Source: Nitrospirota bacterium
GTDB lineage: Bacteria > Nitrospirota > UBA9217
Assembly: GCA_963740085.1 (NCBI GenBank)
Contig: CAVUCU010000001.1
Span: 384,001 to 448,000, forward strand
Direction of reading: 5' to 3'
DNA length: 64,000 bases
A program made the position numbers and the translations under genes. This document shows positions 9,011 to 18,572 of the stretch, piece after piece (position 1 is the first letter of the stretch; every line of letters starts with the position of its first letter). The notes under the pieces are model-generated. The model had not been told where the DNA came from, did not search any database, and saw only the letters and a program-made list of their open reading frames with translations.

Positions 9011-9026
9011 AGCAATGATTATGCCA
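9011..9026 (-). promoter_or_regulatory. sigma54 (-24/-12) promoter
   Basis: Minus strand TGGCAT-AATCA-TTGCT. Confidence 0.7.
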
Positions 9027-9091
9027 TGTTGGTTTCAATACTCAAGACAAAAATATATTCCTGATTCACGGCGATGTCCGGTCAATCCGGA

Positions 9092-10243
9092 TCAGTTCAT
9101 ACTGCCTTTTTCCAGCAGATCATAGATCGCCGTATAAAGACGCCACCCTCCCAGGGCATACCGTTGGTACAAATGGTACAGTGCGCTTGCCGACGGCTCG
9201 AAAGGGCCGCTGTGCATGAGCTGCGGCAGGAGCGCAAGATGTACCTGACTCTTGTCGACCACGGCATCGGCAAGCCTCATGCTCTCCGTATAGGGGATGG
9301 AATAATCATCAATCCCGTGGATAATGATGAATGAGGCTTTGATATATTTTATCGCCCGTGACGGAGACAGCTGATAGACATATTCCCTCACCCGCAACGG
9401 GAGGTTCTCATAGAGCGGGGTGAAGCGTTCCTGGTCAATATTAACGAGAAAAGCATGAAGCGCCTTGCCCTCCGGACCGAGGGATTTTGCAAGCGATTCG
9501 GCGGCTGCAATCTCGTATCGGTTCCGCTTTTCGACGATCGTCCTGAACTTTTCGCGGTCATCTGACGAACGCAGAAGATCGAGATTCTTGTATGCGAGCA
9601 TCCATCTGAGCGAGGATTCCGGCCTGACGTATCCCCGATATCCCCCGTACTCATAAACACCGGTCAGCGCGAAGGACAGCACATTGCGGAGGTCGTAATA
9701 CCCTCCGACGGTAGCGACCACGCTGACCTTGTCGCGTATCCGCGGGTCCGCCGAGGCCAGCAGCAGAGGCCCCGCCCCGCAACTTATGCCCATCATGCCC
9801 CCTCGAGATCCGGCATGCACCAACCCGCTCAGGTACAGGAAGCTTTGGACGATGTCCTCGGCGTCGGTAATCCTGATCCGAAGGGTCTTCACGCCCTCGA
9901 GATCGGGAACCAGGACAAGGAATCCTGCCCGCGCCAGATCTTTGGCCAGGAGCACGAGTCGTTCATCATCCTTGCCCAGCGGGTTCACGCCGTGAACGAG
10001 GAGCAGCGGGAACTGTCTGCCTCGCCGGTGAGGACGATAGAGATCGGCGTGAATTATCCGACCCCCGTTCCGAACCATCACCTTCGTCTTCATCGGTCCG
10101 TCGATGAGTTTCCCCATTATGGCCTTCTCCGGGGAACGCACGCTGTCGATAAGGATGAGAAGGCTCAGGCACCCCCGCTTGATCTGGGCGGAAAACAGGA
10201 ATCCGATGATGACAAGCGCGGAAAAGAAGATGATCTTTTTCAT
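9092..10243 (-). CDS. Alpha/beta hydrolase fold protein, N-terminal anchor
   Basis: LLVHG, GISCG nucleophile elbow, IIHGIDD. Confidence 0.8.
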   Translation of the reverse strand: MKKIIFFSALVIIGFLFSAQIKRGCLSLLILIDSVRSPEKAIMGKLIDGPMKTKVMVRNGGRIIHADLYRPHRRGRQFPLLLVHGVNPLGKDDERLVLLAKDLARAGFLVLVPDLEGVKTLRIRITDAEDIVQSFLYLSGLVHAGSRGGMMGISCGAGPLLLASADPRIRDKVSVVATVGGYYDLRNVLSFALTGVYEYGGYRGYVRPESSLRWMLAYKNLDLLRSSDDREKFRTIVEKRNRYEIAAAESLAKSLGPEGKALHAFLVNIDQERFTPLYENLPLRVREYVYQLSPSRAIKYIKASFIIIHGIDDYSIPYTESMRLADAVVDKSQVHLALLPQLMHSGPFEPSASALYHLYQRYALGGWRLYTAIYDLLEKGSMN

Positions 10244-10326
10244 GATAACAAACCTTCAGCCATCATCGGCTTTATTCTGTCTTCTGTCGTCTTGCTCCTG
10301 ATGTCAACCCCCGGACCCAGTACGCT

Positions 10327-10980
10327 TTATTTCAATATCACTCCGGTCTTGCGGGACCACAGCAGCAGGTCCAGGTGGTCCATGTCGATGCCGATCTCTT
10401 TGGCGAATTGTTCAAGCTTTGTCTCGATCGCGAGGTAGCCCGCGCGCGTCGTCGGACGCATACGCGAGCTGATCACCCCCATCTCGCGGAGGCTGTTCAG
10501 AATGTGTTTGTCAAGAATAGCATAGCCGGGAAAACCGATATTGCGGAGAAAATGGCTCGCTTCTTTATATCCTATCCCTTTTATGCCCTTGTTCTTCGCG
10601 AAAAAATCGCGACGGGCGTCGCGACATTCGAAAGAACCGATCAACCGTTTGAGCTTCCGCCCGCATGTCTCATCGAGATATTCCCTTGTATGGACGATGT
10701 AGGACGGCCGCAGGCGCCAGAACCTGACGCTGTGCGCTCGTGCGCGCTGCCGGAGTTCCTTCTCGGTGCCGCTTCTGAGGATATCCTTGAGCGCCTGCAC
10801 CGTGCGCATGCCCATTTTCGCGCTGCTGCCCGCGGTGAGGATACAGTAGCAGAGTTCTTCGAAGATCGCCCGGTCGCCCTTCTCGTACACTTTCCTGAAC
10901 TCGGCGAGCCGTTGAACAATCAGTGGTTTTTTTATCCGGTAGTCCCGCCTCAGCTCGTTAATGAGTTCTCTTCCAGGCAT
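10327..10980 (-). CDS. ogg: 8-oxoguanine N-glycosylase/DNA lyase (Ogg2 type)
   Basis: ELCYCILT, KGIGYKEASHFLRNIG, AILDKH and C-terminal Lys. Confidence 0.9.
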   Translation of the reverse strand: MPGRELINELRRDYRIKKPLIVQRLAEFRKVYEKGDRAIFEELCYCILTAGSSAKMGMRTVQALKDILRSGTEKELRQRARAHSVRFWRLRPSYIVHTREYLDETCGRKLKRLIGSFECRDARRDFFAKNKGIKGIGYKEASHFLRNIGFPGYAILDKHILNSLREMGVISSRMRPTTRAGYLAIETKLEQFAKEIGIDMDHLDLLLWSRKTGVILK

Positions 10981-11326
10981 TATAACCGCCCTTCAGGTTG
11001 ATGCAGTTCTTGTAACCCATGCCCATCAGCCGCTTGATGGCCCAGATGCTCCGGTTGCCGTTCTGACAATACACGACCAGCTCTTTGTCCTTTTTGAGCT
11101 TCTTGATCTTGTCACCGATGTCCGACAACGGCACGTGAACCGAACCCGGGATGTGCCCTCTCTCGTATTCCTTGTCCGTGCTGACATCGAGAATTATCAT
11201 GCCCTTTTTCCGATCGAGCTCCTTCGGCGAGATCTGCCGGATCCCCCAGCGTCCCATAACACCGAACAATTTGAAAATAAGATAGATCGCGATTATGCTT
11301 ATCAGTATCGTTGATGCTGTATCCAA
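10958..11326 (-). CDS. Rhodanese-like protein
   Basis: EYERGHIPG, YCQNGNRS and LKGG motifs; N-terminal TM helix. Confidence 0.88.
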   Translation of the reverse strand: MDTASTILISIIAIYLIFKLFGVMGRWGIRQISPKELDRKKGMIILDVSTDKEYERGHIPGSVHVPLSDIGDKIKKLKKDKELVVYCQNGNRSIWAIKRLMGMGYKNCINLKGGYNAWKRTH

Positions 11327-11444
11327 GATGACCCCCTCCTATAGGCCCGGAGTGCAGCCAATCCCGCCTTCGATTGTGCTGTTCCGAACTCTGAACTGTT
11401 CGACTCATGCTCATTGATCCGACTTTGCCCGCATCGTGAGCCGG

Positions 11445-13691
11445 TCAAACGACATCGCGAGTGTCAGTCGAATGATCCGAACTACGAACGCTGTGCTCCG
11501 GACTCTGAAATTCCGTGCTCTTCGCCGCTACCGGCAGTTCTATCGTGAACCGCGCGCCGCGCGGGTCGTTCTGTGACACGCTGATCATACCGCTGTGGTC
11601 CTTGATGATCCTGAGAACGATAGCCAGGCCCAGTCCGCTCTTCTTCTTCTTTCGTGAAAAATCCGGCTGGAACAGCTTTGGCACATCCTCAGCCGCTATT
11701 CCCGGCCCTTCATCGGCGATATCGATCTGCGCCATGCCGGAAGAGGCCATCTTCGCCGTAACCAGGATCTTGCCCTTGCCCTCCATGGCCTCCACCGCGT
11801 TTTCAAAAAGATTAATGAATACCCGTTTGATCTGCTCACGGTCAAGGAAGACCTCCGGCAGGTCCGGCATGATGTCCTTCACGAACACAATATCCCTGTG
11901 CGCACCGCTGTAAAGCTGCACCACGCTCTCAAGCACCGGCGCGAGAGGTTGAAGTGTCGGGTTAGAGCTCGGCATGCGGGCGAAGTTCGCGAACTCGTCC
12001 ACGAGCTTCCGCAGGCCGTCGGCCTCGTGTACGATTGTCAGGCTGCACTCGTCGAAGACGGCATTGAAATCCGGGGCGCCTTCCGCGTGTTTCTTGCGCA
12101 GCCGCTCGGCGGAAAGCTTGATGGGGGTGAGCGGGTTCTTGAACTCGTGGGCGATCCGTCTCGCCACGTCCTGCCAGGTCTCTGCCTTCTTGGCGCGCAG
12201 CAGTTCCGTGAGGTCATCGAAGGTGATGACCGAGCCGATGGGTGTTCCGCTGCCGTCCCTGAGAGTGGAGATGCGCATCCGGAGGGTCAGCATCCTGCCC
12301 CGCACGTTGAGCGATAATTCCTCCTCTGCGCGGCCCTGACCCTGCTCAAGCTTGCGGAACAGACTGCGTATCGGATCCAGCTCGAGGAACCCGAAGGCCT
12401 CGTCGTACCGCTTGCCGAGCACGTCCTGCTCCTGGATGCCGATGATCTCCGATGCCGATTGGTTGACCGTCGTGATCCTCCCTCCCCGGTCAATGGACAC
12501 GACCCCGGTCTCGATATTCGAGAGTATCGTCTTCTTGTAGTTGATCTCCTGCTCGACCTGCTCCCGGGAGTACTGGAGGTCATGGGTCATCTTGTTGAAC
12601 GAGGCGATCAGAACCCCTACCTCGTCATCGGACTTTTCATCGATCCGGTAATCGAACCTGCCCGCCGCCACCGCTGCGGTCCCCTCGGCCAGCTTCCTGA
12701 TCGGCACCGTGATGCCGGCCGCCACGCGAAGCGCCACCCAGATCGCTGCGAGGAGAAGCGCCAGCGTGACAGAAAGGAAAGCGAGCCGGTAAGACAGCTT
12801 TATCGGGTCTTTCTTGCTGAACGCCGACCGGTACTGTGCATACCCTTCTCGAATACTATCCGACTTTGCAGCCAGGCTCTCGGGAATATAAAAACTGACG
12901 GCGACCGCCGCAGCAACTCGCTTTCCTTCTCCTGATGGTAAAGGTTCGTAAAGCGGGACGATTGCCCGCATGATGTCGCCCTTCCTCGGCGACCCCGTCA
13001 CATCTGCCGCCTCCTCTCCCGCAAAGGCCCTGTCCACGAGATCGGCAGACGTCTGGGTAAAGGTTTTCGGGGGATACTGACGCGTAACAACGACCACTGC
13101 CCGCTCGCGGGGGGAAGTGAAAAGTTCGATCGAGCCCAGGCCGTACTCCACGGCCTTCCTCGTCAGATAATCCTTGAGCACCTGATTCTCGAACTGGGGC
13201 AAGAGCCTGGCGTCGGCCATCTGACTGCTGATCTGTCTGCTGAAAACAGTGGCCTCTTTCTGGAGACGATTGTAATACTCCTGGGCGACCGAGACCGAGT
13301 CCTTAAGTGAGTTCTCGATCCTGAGGCTGAAAAGTCGTTCGATGCTCCTGGTGAATATCCCGCTCCCGATCAAAAAGAGGAGCACCGGCGGAATGAACGA
13401 CAGGCTGACGAAGGCGAAGACCAGTTTGGTCCTGAACCGCGCCCCCAGCACTCCCTGTCTCCGCTCCATCCAGAGTTTCCAAAGACTCCGGGCCATCATA
13501 AAGATGACCGCTGCCAGGAGCAGGATGTTCGCATTGATGAGTATGAAGATCAGGATATTGTCGGATAGCGGTCCTTCAAAACCGCGGTATTGGAGCTCAA
13601 GCACAATGGCGAGAGCGGTCAGGAGGAGAAAAGAAACGAGATAGAGCACGCCCCTCCACCCGCCATTGCCCTCTTGAGTGATCAACCTCAT
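11445..13691 (-). CDS. ntrY: NtrY-like HAMP/PAS sensor histidine kinase
   Basis: GARFRTKLV, HAMP, PAS, WQDVARRIAHEFKNPLTPI H-box, N and G boxes; likely start MRLITQ at 13691. Confidence 0.85.
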   Translation of the reverse strand: MRLITQEGNGGWRGVLYLVSFLLLTALAIVLELQYRGFEGPLSDNILIFILINANILLLAAVIFMMARSLWKLWMERRQGVLGARFRTKLVFAFVSLSFIPPVLLFLIGSGIFTRSIERLFSLRIENSLKDSVSVAQEYYNRLQKEATVFSRQISSQMADARLLPQFENQVLKDYLTRKAVEYGLGSIELFTSPRERAVVVVTRQYPPKTFTQTSADLVDRAFAGEEAADVTGSPRKGDIMRAIVPLYEPLPSGEGKRVAAAVAVSFYIPESLAAKSDSIREGYAQYRSAFSKKDPIKLSYRLAFLSVTLALLLAAIWVALRVAAGITVPIRKLAEGTAAVAAGRFDYRIDEKSDDEVGVLIASFNKMTHDLQYSREQVEQEINYKKTILSNIETGVVSIDRGGRITTVNQSASEIIGIQEQDVLGKRYDEAFGFLELDPIRSLFRKLEQGQGRAEEELSLNVRGRMLTLRMRISTLRDGSGTPIGSVITFDDLTELLRAKKAETWQDVARRIAHEFKNPLTPIKLSAERLRKKHAEGAPDFNAVFDECSLTIVHEADGLRKLVDEFANFARMPSSNPTLQPLAPVLESVVQLYSGAHRDIVFVKDIMPDLPEVFLDREQIKRVFINLFENAVEAMEGKGKILVTAKMASSGMAQIDIADEGPGIAAEDVPKLFQPDFSRKKKKSGLGLAIVLRIIKDHSGMISVSQNDPRGARFTIELPVAAKSTEFQSPEHSVRSSDHSTDTRDVV

Positions 13692-13890
13692 AGTATCGGA
13701 AGAATACCAAAAAGACCCGCCAAAAGCAAGGTCTGGTTTTGGCCGTTGTTTGATTAATTCTCTTGACAAACAAGAGGTTTCTCGTATATCTTCTAAGAAA
13801 ATAATCCGCAAGAAGACCCGATCCCCGTTCACCGGGGAGGATGACGGAAAAGAAAAAACTATCAGTTGCCGGGAACATAAGGAGGCAGGA

Positions 13891-15204
13891 ATGACCACAC
13901 GGTGGAAACACTCCATACTATCGCTTTATATCGTTCTTATCCCCATGCTCTTCTCCTGCGCTTCTCATATCCAGCAAGATAAAGAAGGAGTACCTCCTGC
14001 GGCGGCTGCGCCGCAGGTTGAGGCGCCTGCGCCTGTAGCAGAATCCGCGGTAGTCGAGCCCGCGCCCGCAATACCGGAATCCGCGCCCTCTGCGACCGCC
14101 CCTGCAGCAATAGAAATTGCGCCCGTTGAGCCGGCGCCCGCGGCAATGGAAACCGAGGCGGTCGAGCCCGGACCCGCAATGGAACTTCACCCCTATACCA
14201 TCAAAAAGGGAGACACTCTCTGGGACATCGCAAATGCTTTTTTCAAAGACCCCTTCCTTTGGCCTTTCATCTGGAAGGCAAACCCGGCCGTCACCAACCC
14301 GGACCTCATCTTCGCCGGGAACAAACTGATAATCCCCGGTCTCGCGCCGATCCAACAGGCATTGCAGGCTGAAGCAGCGCCGACGGAGCCGGCTGCCGAA
14401 AAGCAGGAACCCGCCAAAGAGGCGGCGCCCGTCGAAGGGCTCGAGTCAGCCCATGTTACCAGCCCGAAACCGGTCCCCCCCGGTGCTGCCGAGGAGATGC
14501 CGGCAGGGGGAAACAGACTCATCATGCCCGAGGAGCAGATCTATCCTATTATCGACAAATACGCCATGCTCAGTGCGGGTTTCGTGAGTGATGAAAAAAC
14601 AGGAGACATCATCTCCGGGTCGCCGGAGAATGGCAAATCAGTTTTCGGTTACGATGACATCGTGTATGTCTCGATGCGCGATGCCGAAAATGTAAAGATC
14701 GGGGACAAGTTTCTCGTTTATACCCACAAACAAGATGTCAAACACCCCAAAACAGGCAAGAACTTCGGGAAACTCATCAAGGGACTCGGCATACTCCAGA
14801 TCACGGCCAAGGACCCCGCAGCGAAAGTTCTTACCGCGCGGATTACGCTCTCCTTCGATGAGATGGAAAAAGGCAACATGCTGACCCCCTATCAGGAGCC
14901 GACGCTTATCTATTATTCATCGCAAAAGAAGGCCAAGGACATTTCGGGCTATATTCTCGAAGTAATGGACAGGCGCAGCATCAATGCCCAGACCGATGTC
15001 GTGTATCTTGACAAGGGCACTGCGGACGGTGTTGAACCCGGAGACCGATTTATCGTATATGACGAACCAACCAAGCGGGGCTTCCCGCGAAAAGTGATCG
15101 GTGAAGTACAAGTGATCCTTGTGAAAGAGAAGACCTCGACCGCGGTAGTTAAAAAAAGCTCCGAGCCCATGGGCAGAGGCAATGCTGTTGCTTTCGAACA
15201 ATAG
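13891..15204 (+). CDS. LysM peptidoglycan-binding lipoprotein, TsaP-like
   Basis: Lipobox LFSC, Pro/Ala linker, YTIKKGDTLWDIA..PFLWPFIWKANP, C-terminal beta domains; AAGGAGG RBS. Confidence 0.8.
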   Translation: MTTRWKHSILSLYIVLIPMLFSCASHIQQDKEGVPPAAAAPQVEAPAPVAESAVVEPAPAIPESAPSATAPAAIEIAPVEPAPAAMETEAVEPGPAMELHPYTIKKGDTLWDIANAFFKDPFLWPFIWKANPAVTNPDLIFAGNKLIIPGLAPIQQALQAEAAPTEPAAEKQEPAKEAAPVEGLESAHVTSPKPVPPGAAEEMPAGGNRLIMPEEQIYPIIDKYAMLSAGFVSDEKTGDIISGSPENGKSVFGYDDIVYVSMRDAENVKIGDKFLVYTHKQDVKHPKTGKNFGKLIKGLGILQITAKDPAAKVLTARITLSFDEMEKGNMLTPYQEPTLIYYSSQKKAKDISGYILEVMDRRSINAQTDVVYLDKGTADGVEPGDRFIVYDEPTKRGFPRKVIGEVQVILVKEKTSTAVVKKSSEPMGRGNAVAFEQ

Positions 15205-15313
15205 GGTCTGGCATGCTGCCAGGCGTATTTTCCGGGTCTTTTCCGCTGGAGTGGCCGGGTTTTACTTGGATTTACGGATGAAAAGCAGATATTTCAGCAA
15301 AGACCGACAGCCG

Positions 15314-16054
15314 CTATTTGATTGTCGGTGACGCATTCGGATCGAAGGGATTCGTTCTCACGGCAAACGAGAACAGGTATGGGTAGTCGTGCTTCAGATG
15401 TCTCATGTAGGCAAGCCATTCGACAATGAGGATGGCATAGGCCCGCTTGATATCTCCGGCTATGTGCATGCCGTCCGCCGGCGGCAGATTCCGCAAGTCT
15501 TCGCGTACAGCCAGTTCCTCGGACAGATGGAACACCGCCCAGAGAAGTTCGGTAAAGGTCTCGTGCTCGAGCAGGTTTGGATTCTCGAGCAATCCGAGCA
15601 GAAATTTCCGCTTCCCCGTTAAAATGGTTTTGAGCGCCTCCAGATCACTGCCGGCATACTGTATCCCGAATTCATTGCCGCGAACCCGCTTGATAACAGC
15701 CGCAAACTGTCGGTCCGTCCAGTCCCCCTGTATCAAAAGCTCTTCTCTGATCCCGTCGATATTCTGATCGAACGCTGCGAATGACCTGAGAAGCGTTGTC
15801 CCCACCTCGCTGAAGAACGTTCCGATGACCATGTTCAGTTTGTTCAACATCGAGAGCTTCTCGCGCACATTCAGCAGTTGGTTCAGGATCAGGGTGACCA
15901 GCAGGACCTGAATCGGGATAAAAGCGAGGTCCTGAAACAAGTAAAAGTACGTATCTCGCGGCGAATGAAAGATCCTGATCTGGACATCGTACAGGATGAC
16001 CGACACTGCCACCAGCATTATTCCTAATATAATCTGCCATTTTACGCGATTCAT
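15314..16054 (-). CDS. Conserved hypothetical membrane protein
   Basis: 246 aa, two N-terminal TM helices, LLENPNLLEHETFT and YPYLFS motifs. Confidence 0.75.
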   Translation of the reverse strand: MNRVKWQIILGIMLVAVSVILYDVQIRIFHSPRDTYFYLFQDLAFIPIQVLLVTLILNQLLNVREKLSMLNKLNMVIGTFFSEVGTTLLRSFAAFDQNIDGIREELLIQGDWTDRQFAAVIKRVRGNEFGIQYAGSDLEALKTILTGKRKFLLGLLENPNLLEHETFTELLWAVFHLSEELAVREDLRNLPPADGMHIAGDIKRAYAILIVEWLAYMRHLKHDYPYLFSFAVRTNPFDPNASPTIK

Positions 16055-16124
16055 CCCCGGTCTCCCTCACCGTATAGAAACAATCAGGATTCTGATATAC
16101 CCCGCATGAAAAATCAACCGACGA

Positions 16125-16661
16125 CTACTTCATAAAGAGAAAAAAACCGTTTAAGAAATACAGCAGGCCGAAGACACCGGCCCCCATGCCGATGAACCAG
16201 AAAAACTTCTTTTTCATTAGCGCTGCGATGGACGAGAGAAGGATAGCGATCTGCAGGAACATTGCGGCCAGGCCGAATGCACCTGAGTGTATCTGGGCAT
16301 CGTCGCGCCGCTTTTCCAGTCCCTCTGCCTTGGTCTTTATCTCTTCCTTTTCCTTTTCGTACCGGTCTATCTTCTCCTTGTATGCTGATATCCGCTTTTC
16401 GTAATCAGCTGCCAGCGCGCGGGACATTCCTTTGTTCATCTTGAGGTCCATCTCGAACTTCTCCCGCTGCAGATCATAGACATATTCCTTAATGCTCTTG
16501 GACTGGTAATAGGCCCATTGGTCCGAGGCCTGGGCCTGGTACATTACCGAACGGGTCGAGAACCCGCCGCCTTTGAGCGTCGAGAGCGTTGCGCACACGG
16601 CAAAGATCACCGTGGTGAGCGCGAGATAACTGAGCCATGTTTCTTTCTTGTCTTCAGCCAT
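16125..16661 (-). CDS. DUF4337 family membrane protein
   Basis: ASDQWAYYQSKSIK and LQIAILLSSI motifs. Confidence 0.85.
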   Translation of the reverse strand: MAEDKKETWLSYLALTTVIFAVCATLSTLKGGGFSTRSVMYQAQASDQWAYYQSKSIKEYVYDLQREKFEMDLKMNKGMSRALAADYEKRISAYKEKIDRYEKEKEEIKTKAEGLEKRRDDAQIHSGAFGLAAMFLQIAILLSSIAALMKKKFFWFIGMGAGVFGLLYFLNGFFLFMK

Positions 16662-16809
16662 AAAAGACCTCCGGTAACTGAAATGATGATTGAGAGGTCA
16701 CATACTACCCAAAATCGACGGAGGAGTCAACAAAACCCTGCCATAAAGCAGACCGGTTCGTTGAAATCTCCGGGAGAACATGATACATTCAAATCAGGGG
16801 AACAGGGAC

Positions 16810-17898
16810 ATGATCATCGGCGTACCCAGGGAGATCAAGATCGAGGAATTCCGCGTAGGACTGACGCCGGTCGGCGTGCGGGAGTTGGTGCGGGGTGGTC
16901 ACACGGTCCTGGTGGAAACGGATGCCGGAGAGGGGAGCGGATTCCTCAATGATTCTTACCGTAAGGCGGGCGCGGAAACAGGACCGAGGGAAACGGTCTA
17001 TAATAGGGCCGAACTGATCGTGAAAGTCAAGGAGCCTGTTTCGTCTGAATATCCCCTGCTGCGCGAAGGCGTCGCCCTCTTCACCTATCTCCACCTCGCG
17101 CCCAACCCGGAACTGACAGGACTGCTGCTCGCTAAATTGGCGACAGGCCTCGCGTATGAGACGCTTGAACGCGGCGGCAAACTCCCGCTCCTTGCCCCCA
17201 TGAGCGAGATCGCCGGCAGAATGGCGCCGCTCATGGCCGCGTTCTATCTCCAGAAGTTCAAAGGCGGCTCCGGCGTCCTTCCCACGGGCGTCTCAGGCGT
17301 ACGACCGGGAAAGATCGTGGTCCTCGGCGCAGGCGTGGTCGGCACAAACGCTGCCCGTGTCGGTATGGGGTTGGGCATGGAAACCGTCGTGATCAACCGG
17401 GATACGACCGGCCTGCAGCGGATAGATGAGCTGTTCAAGGGTCGCGTAAGGACGCTGCCAATGACCGCCCACGCGCTGGAGGAGGAGATCGTGGACGCCG
17501 ATATCATCGTCGGCGCGGTGCTCGTTCCCGGCGGCAGGACGCCGGTCCTGATCACGAGGGAAATGCTCGGCACTATGAAGAAGGGCTCGGTGATCGTGGA
17601 TGTATCCGTGGACCAGGGCGGGTGCGTCGAGACCTCTCGGCCCACAACCCATGATGATCCCGTGTTCGTCGTGGACGGCATCGTGCATTACTGCGTGGCC
17701 AACATGCCGGGCGCCTATCCCCGCACCTCTACCCTGGCGCTCACGAACGCGACGCTCCCGTATATAAAATTACTGGCGAACATGGGGATCGAAAAAGCAA
17801 TAGCTCAATCCGCCGAGATCAGAAGTGCGTTGAACACCTATCAGGGTAAGATCATGAACACGGCACTCGCGGAGTCAATAGGGGCAAGAGGAACGTGA
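16810..17898 (+). CDS. ald: Alanine dehydrogenase
   Basis: IGVPREIK, VKVKEP, LFTYLHLA, PMSEIAGR, DQGGC, HYCVANMPG. Confidence 0.96.
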   Translation: MIIGVPREIKIEEFRVGLTPVGVRELVRGGHTVLVETDAGEGSGFLNDSYRKAGAETGPRETVYNRAELIVKVKEPVSSEYPLLREGVALFTYLHLAPNPELTGLLLAKLATGLAYETLERGGKLPLLAPMSEIAGRMAPLMAAFYLQKFKGGSGVLPTGVSGVRPGKIVVLGAGVVGTNAARVGMGLGMETVVINRDTTGLQRIDELFKGRVRTLPMTAHALEEEIVDADIIVGAVLVPGGRTPVLITREMLGTMKKGSVIVDVSVDQGGCVETSRPTTHDDPVFVVDGIVHYCVANMPGAYPRTSTLALTNATLPYIKLLANMGIEKAIAQSAEIRSALNTYQGKIMNTALAESIGARGT

Positions 17899-18380
17899 AA
17901 ACTTCCACATTTAAATCCAATAACGAAATGTAGATATCACCAATAATCATGCAGTGGTGTTGACGAAAATTCAATGCAGAATACTGCGTGAAAAAGTGCA
18001 TATGAACGCGTGGATCGCGCGCCGCCTTTTCGGCGCATCGGTAAGGTTATTTTTTGATTGCTTCAGAAACCTTCCCGATCACTTCAACCAACGGCACCTA
18101 CAAACATGCAATCGAGGTCAGATGAACTTTCTGTAAGATTAGGGTTAAAAGCGGCAGCTAAGCGGTCAGTGCGTAGCACCATCCGTCTCGTGATCATATA
18201 GATATTTTTGCCGCAGATTTTCTCATTACCAATTTGAGCCTGTTCTTGGCCACAGAGTCCCTCGATGTATGTAGTCCAAAATGGACAAGCCGAGCAAAAC
18301 GAATTACTCAATATAAGCGACGATCCGTGTTATTCTCCCGTAACTATCCGGTTTATTTAAACAACTTTTTCTCTACAAAA

Positions 18381-18396
18381 TGGCATCGCATTTGCA
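18381..18396 (+). promoter_or_regulatory. sigma54 promoter upstream of glmS
   Basis: TGGCAT-CGCAT-TTGCA; palindrome GTCCAAAATGGAC at 18274-18286 is a candidate enhancer. Confidence 0.7.
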
Positions 18397-18572
18397 ACTT
18401 TGGTAGTATGGAAATCACCGGCGCATATTGTCATTCACCACAAGGATTTCCACTTGACTCACATAGATACCCAATGTATTGTGCCAGTTGAGTGAAGGAG
18501 ATCGCCTATTCAACCGGGATATCAATGCTGTTGTAGACATTATGAGAATTGGCAATTCGAAGGTGAGGGATC

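Noticed and set aside
13678-13916. Long N-terminal extensions of ntrY and the LysM ORF that overlap head to head
   Set aside because: True starts are 13691 and 13891 (RBS, signal peptide, promoters in between)
14000-14180. Repetitive GAGCCCGCG DNA
   Set aside because: Coding Pro/Ala/Glu linker of the LysM lipoprotein
18400-18572. glmS ribozyme
   Set aside because: No recognisable conserved core upstream of glmS
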